A DNA stretch of 64,000 nt from NCBI GenBank assembly GCA_051294375.1, contig CM119271.1, positions 9,269,455 to 9,333,454 on the forward strand, read 5' to 3'. Source of the stretch: Paraspadella gotoi (Eukaryota > Animalia > Chaetognatha). The position numbers and the translations under genes were made by a program. The notes under the pieces are model-generated. The model saw only the letters and a list, made by a program, of their open reading frames with translations, made no database searches and was not told the DNA's origin. Below, piece after piece: positions 39,719 to 52,065 of the stretch; the stretch's first letter is position 1; every line of letters begins with the position of its first letter.

Positions 39719-40868
39719 AGGGGGACGAAGAAGGAGAAAGGATGGAGAGAGAGAAAGAAAAAGAGAGAGAGGAGAAAAGAGAGAGAGAGAGGAGAGAAGA
39801 AGAAAGAGGAATAAAATCCACGAAAATCTCGGATGAAAATATGGGATTTTGTATGAAAAAAAAAGGGCGCGGAATAAATGGGCAATAATAAGAAAGGTTT
39901 TTAGAAGGAAAAAATAATCAGGAATTTTTTTCAAAAAAAAACAAACGATCACGCCAAAAAATCGGGACATATAGGGACAGACACACACAGAGAGACAGAG
40001 ATGACAGAGAAGAGAGAGAGAAAAAGAGCAGGAAGAGAGAGAACAAGCCGCTGCAGAGGGGGAAAAAGGAGAAAGAGAAAGAGCCGAATATAATTAATTA
40101 AAAGAGAGAGAGAGAGAGAAGCTCTACAGCCCTTTACTCGTTAAAGAATCAGCAAACGAGTACTTATGGCGCGCACGTAGCGTGAGCTATTCTCTACCCA
40201 AAGGACCCGGCGTCGCGCCCTGTGTCGCGGCATCGTTTTTTACATTATGAAACCCACATTTATATCTAAAAATTTTTTAAAAAAAAAAAGAGAGAGAGAG
40301 AGAAAGAGAAAGAAGCTGGAAAAGACGCCTGCAGAGCCGGAACTTCTTTTTTAAGAAGCTAGTGGACGGAAAAGAAAAAGAATGAGAAGAGAGCGACATA
40401 TAATTTAATAACGTTTTGTTTTGTAAATAAAACATAAACAAATACCAATATTGATATGAAAACATGAGAATTTTTTAAAGATCTTTTTGATTTGATTAGA
40501 AGCCATATATGAAATTCAACTCCCTATGATTATCCACCACTTTCATTAAGCCATGATTTGCAAAAAATGCGAGACCGAAAGCTAAACCAAAAAAATAAAA
40601 AATCTAGACAGGACGCGGCTTTGCCCGCCTGGCTCGATAATAGAGATATTTGTTTGTTTGATTAAAATGTAAACAAAAACATTTCAATAACTGTCCTGAC
40701 TCAATTAAGGACATCGATGATGACAAGGCTGAATATAAATATATAATTAATCTATTAATTAATTAATTAATCTATTAATTAATTAATTAATCTATTAATA
40801 ATTAATTAATTCAATTAATTAATTAATTATCGTAGGGCAGATCCGACATTGTTTGCTCAAAACTTGTT
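37612..40868 (+). mobile_element. ~3.2-kb HINE/Helentron-like non-autonomous element with internal tandem repeats
   Basis: 5' end tttt-AGTCGGATC..GATCCCGACT-CTATAAC hairpin, (GTCC)n at 37770-37815, and about five degenerate ~170-bp units at 37850-38750. Sub-terminal inverted copy GCAGATCCGAC at 40837-40847, ending ACTTGTT. It sits in a T-run and splits a GTTCGCTTGTTTTT..GAAACTG minisatellite. Confidence 0.6.
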
Positions 40869-41934
40869 TATTTGAAACTGGGAACAGAGGAACAACGAAC
40901 GTTTTTGTTCGCTTGTTTTTTTTATTAACTTGCAAAACTAATGGAAGTGAAAAATTAAAAACGTTGTTCGCTTGTTTTTTCGTTGTTGAAACTGCGGAAC
41001 CACGCAGATTTGTGTTCGCTTGTTTTTTTAAAACTGCGAGAAATTTTAGGAAATATTTCTTAATCAAAGTATAATAAAAAAAGCAACAAACTTTGTTCAT
41101 TTGTTCTAACAAAATTTTTTTTTTTCATTTTTGTTTATTGCATATAAAAACTCCCGAACAAAGCGAACAAAAGGATCAAAGACTCAAAGAGGGAATTGAA
41201 TTCGAATAAACTTTGGTTTTTTCGTAATAAATCACGAAAAGAAGGAAGAAAAAATAGAAAACACTTTTCAGCAGTAACAAAATGGAGGCCCCTCCTCTCT
41301 CTCTCTCTCTCTCTCCTCTTTCTCTCCTCTCTCTCTCTCTCTCTTCTCTCTTCTCTCTCTCTCTCTCTCTCCTCTCTCTTCTCTCTCTTCTCCTTTCTCT
41401 CTCTCTCTCTCGTCTCTCTCTCTCTTCTCTCTCTCATTCCTCTCTCTCCGACAACGACAGTAATGCTTAAGAAAATTATGGAGCTACCAGTGTAAATACC
41501 GCATATATAAAACATTGCCTTAAAGGCGAAAAAAGAAGAGATCGAAGAGAGAGAGTAAGAGCATTAAAAACAAAACACCAGTTATGATGGAGGTTTTTTG
41601 TTGTCGTGTTGTGTTCTGCCTCAGGATGGAGGTAAGTGAGAATTGGTGGCGGTCCGCCGGTAGTAAAGAAGAAAAGCTTTTCCTCTTGTTCAACTTTTTA
41701 GTTCATTTTTTATCTTCTGCATATTTAACACCAAAACGTATCTTCCTGTTTTCCAAGAATTCTTCCTTGAAGTTAACTTTATTACTGATTAATTTATTTA
41801 TAATTTTATTTTTAGCGGTTTGTTAAAAACAACAAACAACAACCACAACAACAACTTGTATTTTAAAAAAAAATTAATTTATTTATTTTAACTTTTTAAT
41901 TATTATATTTATTTATTCATTTATTATTATTATC

Positions 41935-41965
<31 letters not shown>

Positions 41966-42010
41966 ATTCTCTCTCTCTCTCACTTCGCTCCTAGTCTTAC
42001 ATATCTTTCT

Positions 42011-44733
42011 GCGATGAAATCTATAAGGAAAAACCACTATTAAATTAAAAAAAATAGGAACAATTCTCCAAATACGATAAAAAACAACTGAGAAAAGAAA
42101 AACCAAAAAATTAAAAAAGCTATAATAGAATGAAAGAGACATGAATTGAGCAAACTAATTTTAAAAAAAAAAAATTTGAAACTTGTCCAAGAAAAAAATA
42201 AGAAACCAAAATATTAAACGAAAAAAAAAATTAAAACTTACAAAAAATTTAAATCAATTATAAGTGACTCAACCCTGCTGGTTTATTTTGGAAAAGGAAA
42301 ACAGAAGCATTACAACAGATCACATTTTAAGAATGTCTCATAACAAAAAACAATAATGGAGAAAGATGTATACCAGCCTAAGAAAACATGGAAAAATGTA
42401 TAGCATCCTATACGAAAACATATATAAAAGATGTAACGTGGAGATTTCACCCATTCACGAGAAAGTTGAAATTAAATTTCATTAAATATGATAAAAAACC
42501 GAGAATTTGAATAGTTTAGAATTTAATAAACCACCGACACCAAAGCGACAAATATCTGCATATTATAGAAAAGAAAAGAATGGGAAAAACAACCACGGGA
42601 TTGTAAAAATGAAATGGCTTTAAAAAATACAAACACAAGAGAAATGACAAAAATTATTTATCAACTACTTTTCAACCAATCTGGGAGAAGAAAAAATACC
42701 CAAAGCTGGAATGAAGCATTAATTTTACCAGCGTATGCGAAAGGTTAAGGGCGATAAAGAAAACTGATAAACCACCGTTCCAATTACAGTTTATCATCCA
42801 TCGAGTACAATTCTAGAGAAATTCTTTGATTCAAAAAATACAACAAATTGTCCCATTTACCAAGCCACAAGGTGGAGGAAACAAAAGGCATGCTCAACTT
42901 TACATCATGTTTTTAGTTATCAGATCCTTAATTTTCAATTATTGCAGCAAACAAAAGAGAAATAGTGTTTCTTAACTTTCTATGACGTGACAAAAAGCAT
43001 TTGATCATGCCGACCACTGAAGACAATGTTAGTAATTAATGTGGGAAAAAGCGTTTAAGAGGAAAAATATGGCGAATTCTGAAATTATTAAATGAAAATC
43101 TTGTGCCAGAAATAAAAAACACGGTACGGGCTAACACGTTCAAATTAAAAATGGAAATTGGATGGAAAACAGGCGCTCTCGCCTTACAGGTAGATTATTT
43201 TCCAAGCCAGCATGGATAACAATTGCCCAGAAAAATGAGTGATGCTTTCTGAATCCATTAAAGTCACCAACAAATTTGCAAATTGGGCCTCTACTCTGGG
43301 TTGACGATGTTGTCACTTGTGTAGAAGGCGTCAAAAACCAAGAAAAATTCCTCTTGAAGAAAAAAATTAGACGATTGGCGTGCTAGAACAAACTAGAATG
43401 GGTCAAAGCAAGACAATGGTAATTCAAATTGGGAAAATAGGTGGACAAACGAGGAAAACATGGAAACTTGGAAATATAAAAATTGAAAATTTGCCACTTC
43501 ATATAAGTACCTAGGAGATATTATTAAGTAAAGATGCGTAAAAATAAGAAAACTTAGAAAACTGAAAGAAAAAAATTACAAATGAACAATTCGGAAAAAT
43601 TAACAACCAATGTCCTCAAATGAAGTTATTGAAAACAAATAGAGACATCTGTTCTTATCGAACAAAATAATTCATTGAAATATTAATGTACTGGCTTTGC
43701 TTACAAAAAAACTCTGAAACATGGACAGCTGAACAAAAAAGAACAGAAAGATCCTAGAACAAATAGAAATAAATGCAATCAAAACAAATTATTTTTCACT
43801 CCCTTTCAATACCAAACACCAGCGATACATTTACAGCTTCCGGTCTTTTGTACACAACTTGCCGAGTTCATCTCAAACAACTTGCTTTATCTCCATAAAA
43901 TCTTAAACCAAAATCAAACACATTGGACCTTTACAACTTTTTAATCTGTTAGATTGAAGTGACACTTGGATGCGACCAAAAATATAAAAAGAAAAACTAG
44001 TAAATATAAATTAACCACTGATTTCAACTCAATTAAAATAAATCAAAAAATCAATGGAAATCGAAGTCAAAAAAGAAATAGAAAAAAATTAATAAACAAA
44101 AATTACTAGACGACTGACCATAAAAATAGAAAATGGAGAAAAAATAGTAAAGTCTAAAACTAAATCAATCATAGAAACCTCAACAAATGGGAACATACAA
44201 AAGAGCAACCATGCAAGGAACTACTAAAATCACTAAAACAAACACCAGATCTCTTTTGATAGCGAGATACGGGATCTAGAGTGTGGAAAAACTTCAAAGA
44301 TCTTTAAAAGAACATCTGTGAACAATTGTAACACTTTCGATGATGAAGAACACCGTCGTAAATTATTCGCGTTAAAAATGCGAAAAACATAAACTTTCTA
44401 GAAGACGACAATAAAAATCGATATTCAGAGAAATTTATTCTAAAGATACTTCAAAAACTATTGAAAATAATTTTGTAACATTGAAATGTCATGGAATGTA
44501 AAAAATGGAAGGTTCCTTCATAACTTAAGATGATCTGTATATAAAATTTTCTTTTTAATTTACCATTTCCTCGTTTTATTTATTTCTAATGAATTTTTAA
44601 TTGTTATTTATATTTTTAAATAATTGTATTGTTACATAATATCCATGTACGGCTCTCTTACGATCCTGTGATTGTAAATGCTGTGTTTATTAACATTATG
44701 AAGCAGGAATAAATCAAATCAAAAAAATCAATC
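42011..44733 (+). mobile_element. 5'-truncated non-LTR retrotransposon (LINE), frameshifted RT ORF
   Basis: RT motifs read across frameshifts: NHR-PIT (~42770), FYDVTK-AFDH (~42980), LLWVDDVV (~43290), YKYLG (~43500), and C-terminal C..C..DDEEH (~44320-44355). It has an AATAAA plus (AAATC)n tail and is flanked by a ~35-bp direct repeat. Confidence 0.9.
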
Positions 44734-44918
44734 TCTCTCACTTCGTCCTAGTCTTAAGATATCTTTCTAATTTTTCTGCATTTCCCATCTTTCATTTTCT
44801 TTCCTCTCCCTTCTCCTTCTCTTTCCTTTCCTTACCCTTTTCTTTCTTCCTTCCTTCCTCTTTTCATTTCTCTTTTCCTTTCTCCTTCTTTTTNNNNNNN
44901 NNNNNNNNNNNNNNNNNN

Positions 44919-45045
44919 TCTCCTTTCCTTTCTCCTTTCCTTTCTCCTTTCCTTTCTCTTTTCCTTTCTCCTTTCCTTTATCCTTTCCTTTCTCTTTTCC
45001 TTTCTCCTTTCCTTTCTCCTTTCCTTTCTCCTTTCCTTTCCTTCT
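44919..45045. repeat. 12-bp repeat (TTTCCTTTCTCC)n
   Basis: Units directly visible. Confidence 0.9.
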
Positions 45046-45554
45046 CCCCACTTTCCTTTTTTTTTCAACTAATCGAAGAAGGAAACGAAGATTTAACCAA
45101 AAGACGCGACCTTCGAGCGATAAATCCGTCGGAGGATCGCGGAGACGGTGACGATGAGAGAAGAGGGAGGAAAGGAGAGAAGGAGGGAGGAGAAGAAAGA
45201 GGAGGGATGAAAGGAGAAGAGGAAGGAGGAAGTTAGAAGTGAGGGAGAGAGAAGAAAAAGGACGGAAATGGAAAATAAAGGAGGAAGAAGAAAGAAAGGA
45301 AGGGGGAAAACCTAAGAAGGAAAGGAAAGAAAAAAGAAAAAGAAGTAAATAGAAATGATAAAAAAAGAAAAAAAGATGGAATACAGACTAAGGACGAAGT
45401 CATTATCAAAACCGCCCGAGTTATCATCTCATCCTCCTCTATTTCCTTCCTTCTTCTTCCTCTTCCTCCTCCTCCTCCTCCTCCTCCTCGGATTGAGCGA
45501 CGAAAGGCGACAGTCGACAGATCGAGGAACGAGTTTCGGGTCAGGATTCGAGAA

Positions 45555-45755
45555 AACGGGTCGGGGTGGAAAATGAGGAAAAAAGGGGTCGGGGCTGGCG
45601 GAAATAGCGAAAAAGGGCGGGTGTGGTGGGAAATGAGGAAATAGGGTCGGGTTTGGGAAATGAGGAAATAGAGTCGGGGTTGGGAAAATGAGTTAAAAGA
45701 GTTCCGTGGTGGGAAATGAGGAAAAAGCGGTCGGGCGTAGTGAGGAAAAAATCAG
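45555..45755. repeat. Degenerate ~27-bp tandem repeat GGGAAATGAGGAAATAGGGTCGGGGTT
   Basis: About 6 diverged units. Confidence 0.7.
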
Positions 45756-46071
45756 TGTCACCGAAGCGGTGACGGGTAGGTCGTGAGGTGAGTAAAAAAT
45801 AATAAGTGTTAATGGGGCAGGGTTGGGTGAGGGGAGAGAAGAAAGATAGAAAAGGGTAAGTGAAAGGAAAATGGGTAAGGGAAGAGAAAAGCGTTTTCGG
45901 TGCAAAGAAGGGAAAGCGTTGTGGAGTTAAACTTGGTTATTTTGAGCGAGGATGACGAAAATGACGACGACGACGACGACGACAAACAACGCAAGCAGAA
46001 AGTCTCTCCCTTTTTTTTTTATGGTCAGACAAAGTGCAAAAAGCACTTCTCTCTCCAAAATGTCACATACT

Positions 46072-46121
<50 letters not shown>

Positions 46122-47624
46122 GTTTTCCGTTGTTGGCAACAACCTCCAACTCTATCTCTGTCTCTTTCTCTCCAATCTCGTTTTTCACTTTGGTTTCGTC
46201 AAAATTAAAAAACTGAAGACGCCAACAGACGATTTATGTTCGATGATAAATTATTCACGATCATAACTTTTTTTTCAGTAATGATAACCGATAAAAAGAA
46301 AATATTCACGTTCAAAATGCTAAATTCACTCAAATATTTTGAGCGTGATCCTACAATCGGTCATTTTGATCACTCGCGTTTCCAGTTTTAAATAAAAATT
46401 TAAAATGTCGGCCAAGTTTAAGAATATCATCCAATTTTTTTCGCTATTTCTTCAACTTTATTTAACTATGTTTCAATCATACTATAACTATGCGATATTC
46501 CTCTACACTAGCCGACCTACGATGTTTAAAGAAAAATTATAATAAAAAAAATATCATTATTATGCTTTTATTTTTTATTGCGTTTCGTTTTTATCACTAT
46601 GCATAAACAAAACTTCATAAAGTCTTCGTTAAGACGAATTGAAAGAAAGCGGCCCCGGTACTTTCCCATCAGCGCCGGCCCATGCCCATTGCTCAATTCC
46701 CCATGCCCAATGCCCAATGCCCAATGCTCATCTTCCAAGTTCCCCTTTTATTATCGGCTTTCCGCCTTTCCCGATCGCCGTTGGCAGGATACAAATCCCA
46801 TTGATCAAATCGTCGTGCGGATTCGAATAACACTTGAGACCAGGGCAACACACGACGCCGGCGTTGGGGCTGCACGATACATTTTCGGGCAAGCAGACGG
46901 GCAGCAAACCGGCTCTGGCTTTGTCGGCGGCCCTCTTGTTTCTCACCATCTGGTGGACGAGAAAAGGACGACGCGAAAATAAAGAACGATTCTGGGTTAA
47001 TCTCGAACTCACCGAGTTGAACTTACCCTTTTTCCCAGTCTCCTCCCGTCGATCAAGACAACGGCAAGGATCGCCAACAAAAAAATCTTCATGTTAAACA
47101 GTTTGTGCAAATTTCAAGATAAAAAAAAAAATTTTTTAAAAGAGAAAAAACTTTTCTTTTGCTGGGATCCGGATATTGTGTTTGTAAAGCCTAAACGATG
47201 AATTTACGAATGGTGAACAAGCGGAGAAATCCGGATGTTTGTTTATTTTTTTTTTGAATGCAATTGCGGCTGGGTGCTGCTTTGAAACGCCCGATAGGCG
47301 TTGACCACGAGTTCGAAAATTTTTGGGCCAATATTTAAAGATTCTTTATTAGTAATATTATATATTCTATATTAGTAATCATCGTCAATATTAAAACTTT
47401 AAGAAAAATCTTGATTTATTTTAAAAGTCGATTGACAAAATTAGCAAAGAACGAGTTTAACATTATGATTGCTGTAGCTTGTATTTAACTAAGCTGGTGA
47501 TTGGTGAAGGAGCTGCTCCTTTGCGTTTGTTTAAGACGTTGGAAATGTCAAAGATGTAGTCGGGCATTGCCTAGGTTCACCCAGCCTATAAGCATGACAC
47601 CTTCACTGAAGGTCCTTCAGTCCC

Positions 47625-47872
47625 GACCCGGTGGCTCATTGAGTAAAGAAATTAGCTCATGACCACTAGGTACCGGGTTCAATCCTAACCCGGTACCTAC
47701 CCTGCGGGAAGCGTGAGGACGGCCGTAAGCCGCCTTGGGGGCATGGCAAACCCTCAAGCCTATTTCCAAGCCCAGGGACCCGTTTCATGGCTGCTAGAGG
47801 GGGTTATAGAAGTTACGGAGAGTCAGCCCACGTAGCGCCTTATCCACAAAGACAAGGTCAAAGACAAGGTCG
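47625..47872 (+). mobile_element. tRNA-derived SINE-like element
   Basis: A-box-like GGTGGCTCATTGAGTA (~47630) and B-box GGTTCAATCC (47676-47685) at tRNA-like spacing, a GC-rich body, and a short tandem tail (CAAAGACAAGGT)x2. No complete cloverleaf. Confidence 0.6.
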
Positions 47873-48573
47873 ATAACTGTATCGTCGAAATTTTTGTAAG
47901 CAAACAAGGACATTAGTTTTTCCTTTAAATTATAAATGAAGAGAAGTTAAATTTTGTCTCCGATTCGTTGACACAGATAACTGAATCTTTTCATCGACTT
48001 GAATCTGTGAATGTGAATCTCATCGAATGAATTAAAGTCCTTTTCTGAGACAGAGATGACGTCCTTGGAATTTGATGGAACCGGTCGTCAAACCGCTTAT
48101 TTGGGGGATGTGAGGGAGGGCACGGTAATGGAAGGTGAAGCGATGAGTCGCAGTTGTGAACGGATGCTCGGAGTCGCAGCTCGAAAACGGAAGGGAGTCA
48201 CTTCGGCGGAATCACTGACGAATGCCAGTGAAATGAACGAAGTTTAATACTCACAGCGTATGTAAAAATTCTCACTGAGAAATTAAAAAAAAAAAGTAAA
48301 GCGAAGGAATAAAAGTTTATTGTGATGATAAAAATAAACCCGAGAAAACATAAGAACAAAGAAAACGAAAGAGAGAGAGAGAGAGTCGGCGATTTTAATC
48401 TTCCTTTGATCCGACGCGCGAAGAGAAACGAGAAACAAACAGCGGGAAGATGGCGCTGTCATCATCTACGACAACGACGACAACGACAACGACAAAAACA
48501 GAAAGATGACGATACAACAGCCCTCACTAACAACAACCGCCGCGATTAGTGCGTCGCGTGAGAGAGAAAGAGA

Positions 48574-48604
<31 letters not shown>

Positions 48605-49715
48605 CAGAGAGAAGAGAGAGAGGAGAGAAGAGAGAGAGAGAGAGAGATAATTGCGGGCATAGTGCCAAGGATAAAGCGATGAAATCAGCGGGATCAATAA
48701 GGACGCATTAACACCTTAACAACCATTAATTTCTACTGCGACTCGACGATTTTTCCATTTTTTCCGAATTTATAGTCGGGCTGCGGCGCCACAAGGAGCC
48801 GCGCCGCTGCACGCCGCTGCGGGAGCCGACGCTCTATTCCGATTATTTCTTTTTTTTTTTTCTTATTCCACCCCGCCTCCGCCCGGCTTTTCTTTTAAAT
48901 TCCGCCTTACCATGAATCCCTTACCCCGACCGACATTCGTCCCTCCCTCGCGATTAAAACCGCCGCCGCTGCCGGCCGCCGCACTCCCGCCGGGAATCCG
49001 TAACTCACCCGCGAGGAGTAAGTCGGGTCTCCCGTCGGAAGGAGGTGGAGTCATCACCGAGAGGCGGGTAGTATTTCGGGAGTAATCACCGGGAGTAAAG
49101 CGACACTTTTCACGAGTTTTCCCGTTGATGAGGGGAAGAATTTTTTTTGCAAGAGAAAGAGTAATAAGGACTGAAGAAAGAGTCAGGAAAAAAAAGGGAT
49201 GGATGGATGGATAATGGACGGACCTGATGGCAAGAGATAAGTTGTTGTAGAATATAGATTATGAAATATAGATAGATGGGACAGAATATGAATATAATCC
49301 CTATTGCAAAAATAAAGCGAAAAAGAGAAAAGGAAATAAAAAAATGAGAGAAAGAAAGAAAAAACGAGGAAAGAAAATGAGAAAAAAGAAAAAAAAACGA
49401 ACTATGTAAAGATAAACGTTAATTGTTGAAACTAAAATATAACGAATGAATTAATGATTGAAATATAGGTTTTCCTAATTTATAGGAAAACCTAAATAGT
49501 GGAGAATGAATGGTTAAATATAATCAGAAATATAATGAATGAAGTAAAGAGGGCGCTGCTCCGAGATCGACTCCCGCAGGCTCCCACTATCCGGTGAAAA
49601 AAGCCGAACCGGCGCCAAATCTCGAGATCGATCGGGCGCTCAACGCGAACGACACCAAGGCGCTCTCTTCTCTCTCTCTCTCTCACTCTCTCACCTCTCT
49701 CCATCCTCTTCTCAT

Positions 49716-49755
<40 letters not shown>

Positions 49756-49870
49756 CTCTCTCTTCTCTCTCTCTCTCTCTCTCTCGTTTGCCAGACCGAC
49801 TACCACTTGAGTCTTTTGGTCGACCGTGTTTCCTTAGGCCGGCCTTTGTCAGAAAATAGAGGGTCTCTCT

Positions 49871-49942
<72 letters not shown>

Positions 49943-50065
49943 CTCTCTCTCTCTCCTCTCTTCCCACCCTTCTCGTGTGAACCTCGAAGGGTATTAAACG
50001 GTTCTTCCCGGGATTCGACAAGGATTTTTTCGCGTCATTTTCGAAGTTAGAGAGAGAGAGAAGAG

Positions 50066-50121
<56 letters not shown>

Positions 50122-50225
50122 GTTGATAAAAATTCACCTCTCGCATGTAAGTGATAAATCTCATAACTACGCTACTTACCGAAAGAAAATTTTTTCCCTC
50201 TTGTCCCGTCGACCCGAGAGAGAGA

Positions 50226-50286
<61 letters not shown>

Positions 50287-51541
50287 GTCTCGGGGTCGTG
50301 CATTTGAAAAACGAGGCGAAAATGCGGTTGAGAAAAACGCGACTCGAGAGAAAGAAAGAAAATTCGAGTTGAGGCCAAAAAATCGCCGCTCGTCATCGTC
50401 GTCGTCGTCATCGTCGTCGTCGTTATCGTCAAACCCTCGTCATCGTTGTCGTTGTCAAACATTGTCGTCATCATCAAACGTCGTCGTCGTCGTCGTCGTC
50501 ATCGTTATCATCATTGTCACCAGTTATTGGGACGTCGTCATCGTTATCAGCGAACGTTATTCTACGTATTTAATGTTTGTCATAATCTATCAATCAATCA
50601 ATCACTCAATCAACGACGTCAACCTTCATGACATTGTCTCTGTCATCGTCTTCATCATCTTCGTCTTCGAAAATCTCGATCGTCACCAAAGATCGTCATT
50701 GTCTTCGTCGTCCCCGAGGTCGTTGTCATCGTCGTCATCAATATCATTTTGTCATCGTCATTGTTAATGAAGTTGGAATGTCGTCGTTTCCACACTTCTC
50801 ATTTTTAAATGTCGGATCTTTTTTTGATTTCGCCTTAGTCTTCCCTCTCCTTCATTGCTTCAACCACCATAAACTTTACAAGGTCAATGTCATTCCATCG
50901 TATTTCTTTCGAATCTTATTTAATCGTTGTCATTATTATTTCATCGTCGTCGTCGTCGTCGTCGTCGTCATCTTCATTCCCCCCCCCACATTCACGCGCC
51001 ACCATCACGGAAAAAAAAGATGATAAATTCGTTGAGCCGTTTTCACGTTTTCAAGTTTTCACGTTTTTCTCGGAGAAAGACCAAGTTGAGACTTATGAGG
51101 AAAACCGAGTTATGAGAGGAAGAAATGGGGGGCGGGAGGTGGTGTGACTAAGGGGGGGGGGAAGGGGGGAGGATGGAGGGGCATAATTGGGGGTTTGGGG
51201 GTGTCCCGTGAAAGAGGAGGCGCTAAGAAAGGGTGGCGGCCCGGGGGGGCGGGTTAAAAAAAGGAGGTTGAAGCGGACGTGAACGGAAAGTTAAATATCA
51301 CTCGGGTTTAGTTAATGGAACCGTTTGGTGAACTTTTCTTCGAACCTCGAGTTACATTTAAAAATAATTAGCCATTGCGAAAAAGAAAAAAAAAAGAAGA
51401 GGCTGTAATATTCTCTAAAAAGTATTTTGTAAATTAGTGTAGGAATCCCGGGAAAGAATTTTTTTTAATCCGAAAATGAACCGCCATCTTCGGTCGAAAT
51501 TGAAAAGACGAAAACAACAAAAGGGCAACGACAGAAAATGA

Positions 51542-51574
<33 letters not shown>

Positions 51575-52034
51575 TGTCTCGCGCTTCATCTGTTATCATC
51601 AATCAGCTCTTTGTACTTTAATTCTCTACCATGTCTTATTTTTTTTGCTGACATCTTCATTTTGAAACCTTACTACCAGTTTGTACTATAACATAATAGT
51701 ACATCTTTAAGTTAATCCGCCCACATTCTTTTTAAAACTCCTTTCTGTCCTCAGGAAACCTTATTTTTTTTCTCCTTTTCGCGGTGACAGACGTGAAAAA
51801 AAAGGGAGAGAGAGAGAAGACGAGCGAAAAAAAGTCTTTCACGTCACGTGATCGGAAACGAAAAGTCAGGTGATCAGAAAGAAAAAAAAGAGCAGCGCAT
51901 CAAAAAGACGCCGAGATTCCTGTTTCACACTCGAGGGCGCAATAGACGTCAGCGGCAGAATATATGGTGTGTGTGTGTGAGAGAGAGAGAGAGAAGAGAG
52001 AGGAGGAGAGAGAGAGAGAGGAGAGAGAGAGAGA

Positions 52035-52065
<31 letters not shown>

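Noticed and set aside
47625-47700. Functional tRNA gene
   Set aside because: A and B boxes are present, but I could not build a canonical acceptor stem and cloverleaf, and it continues into a SINE-like body and tail.
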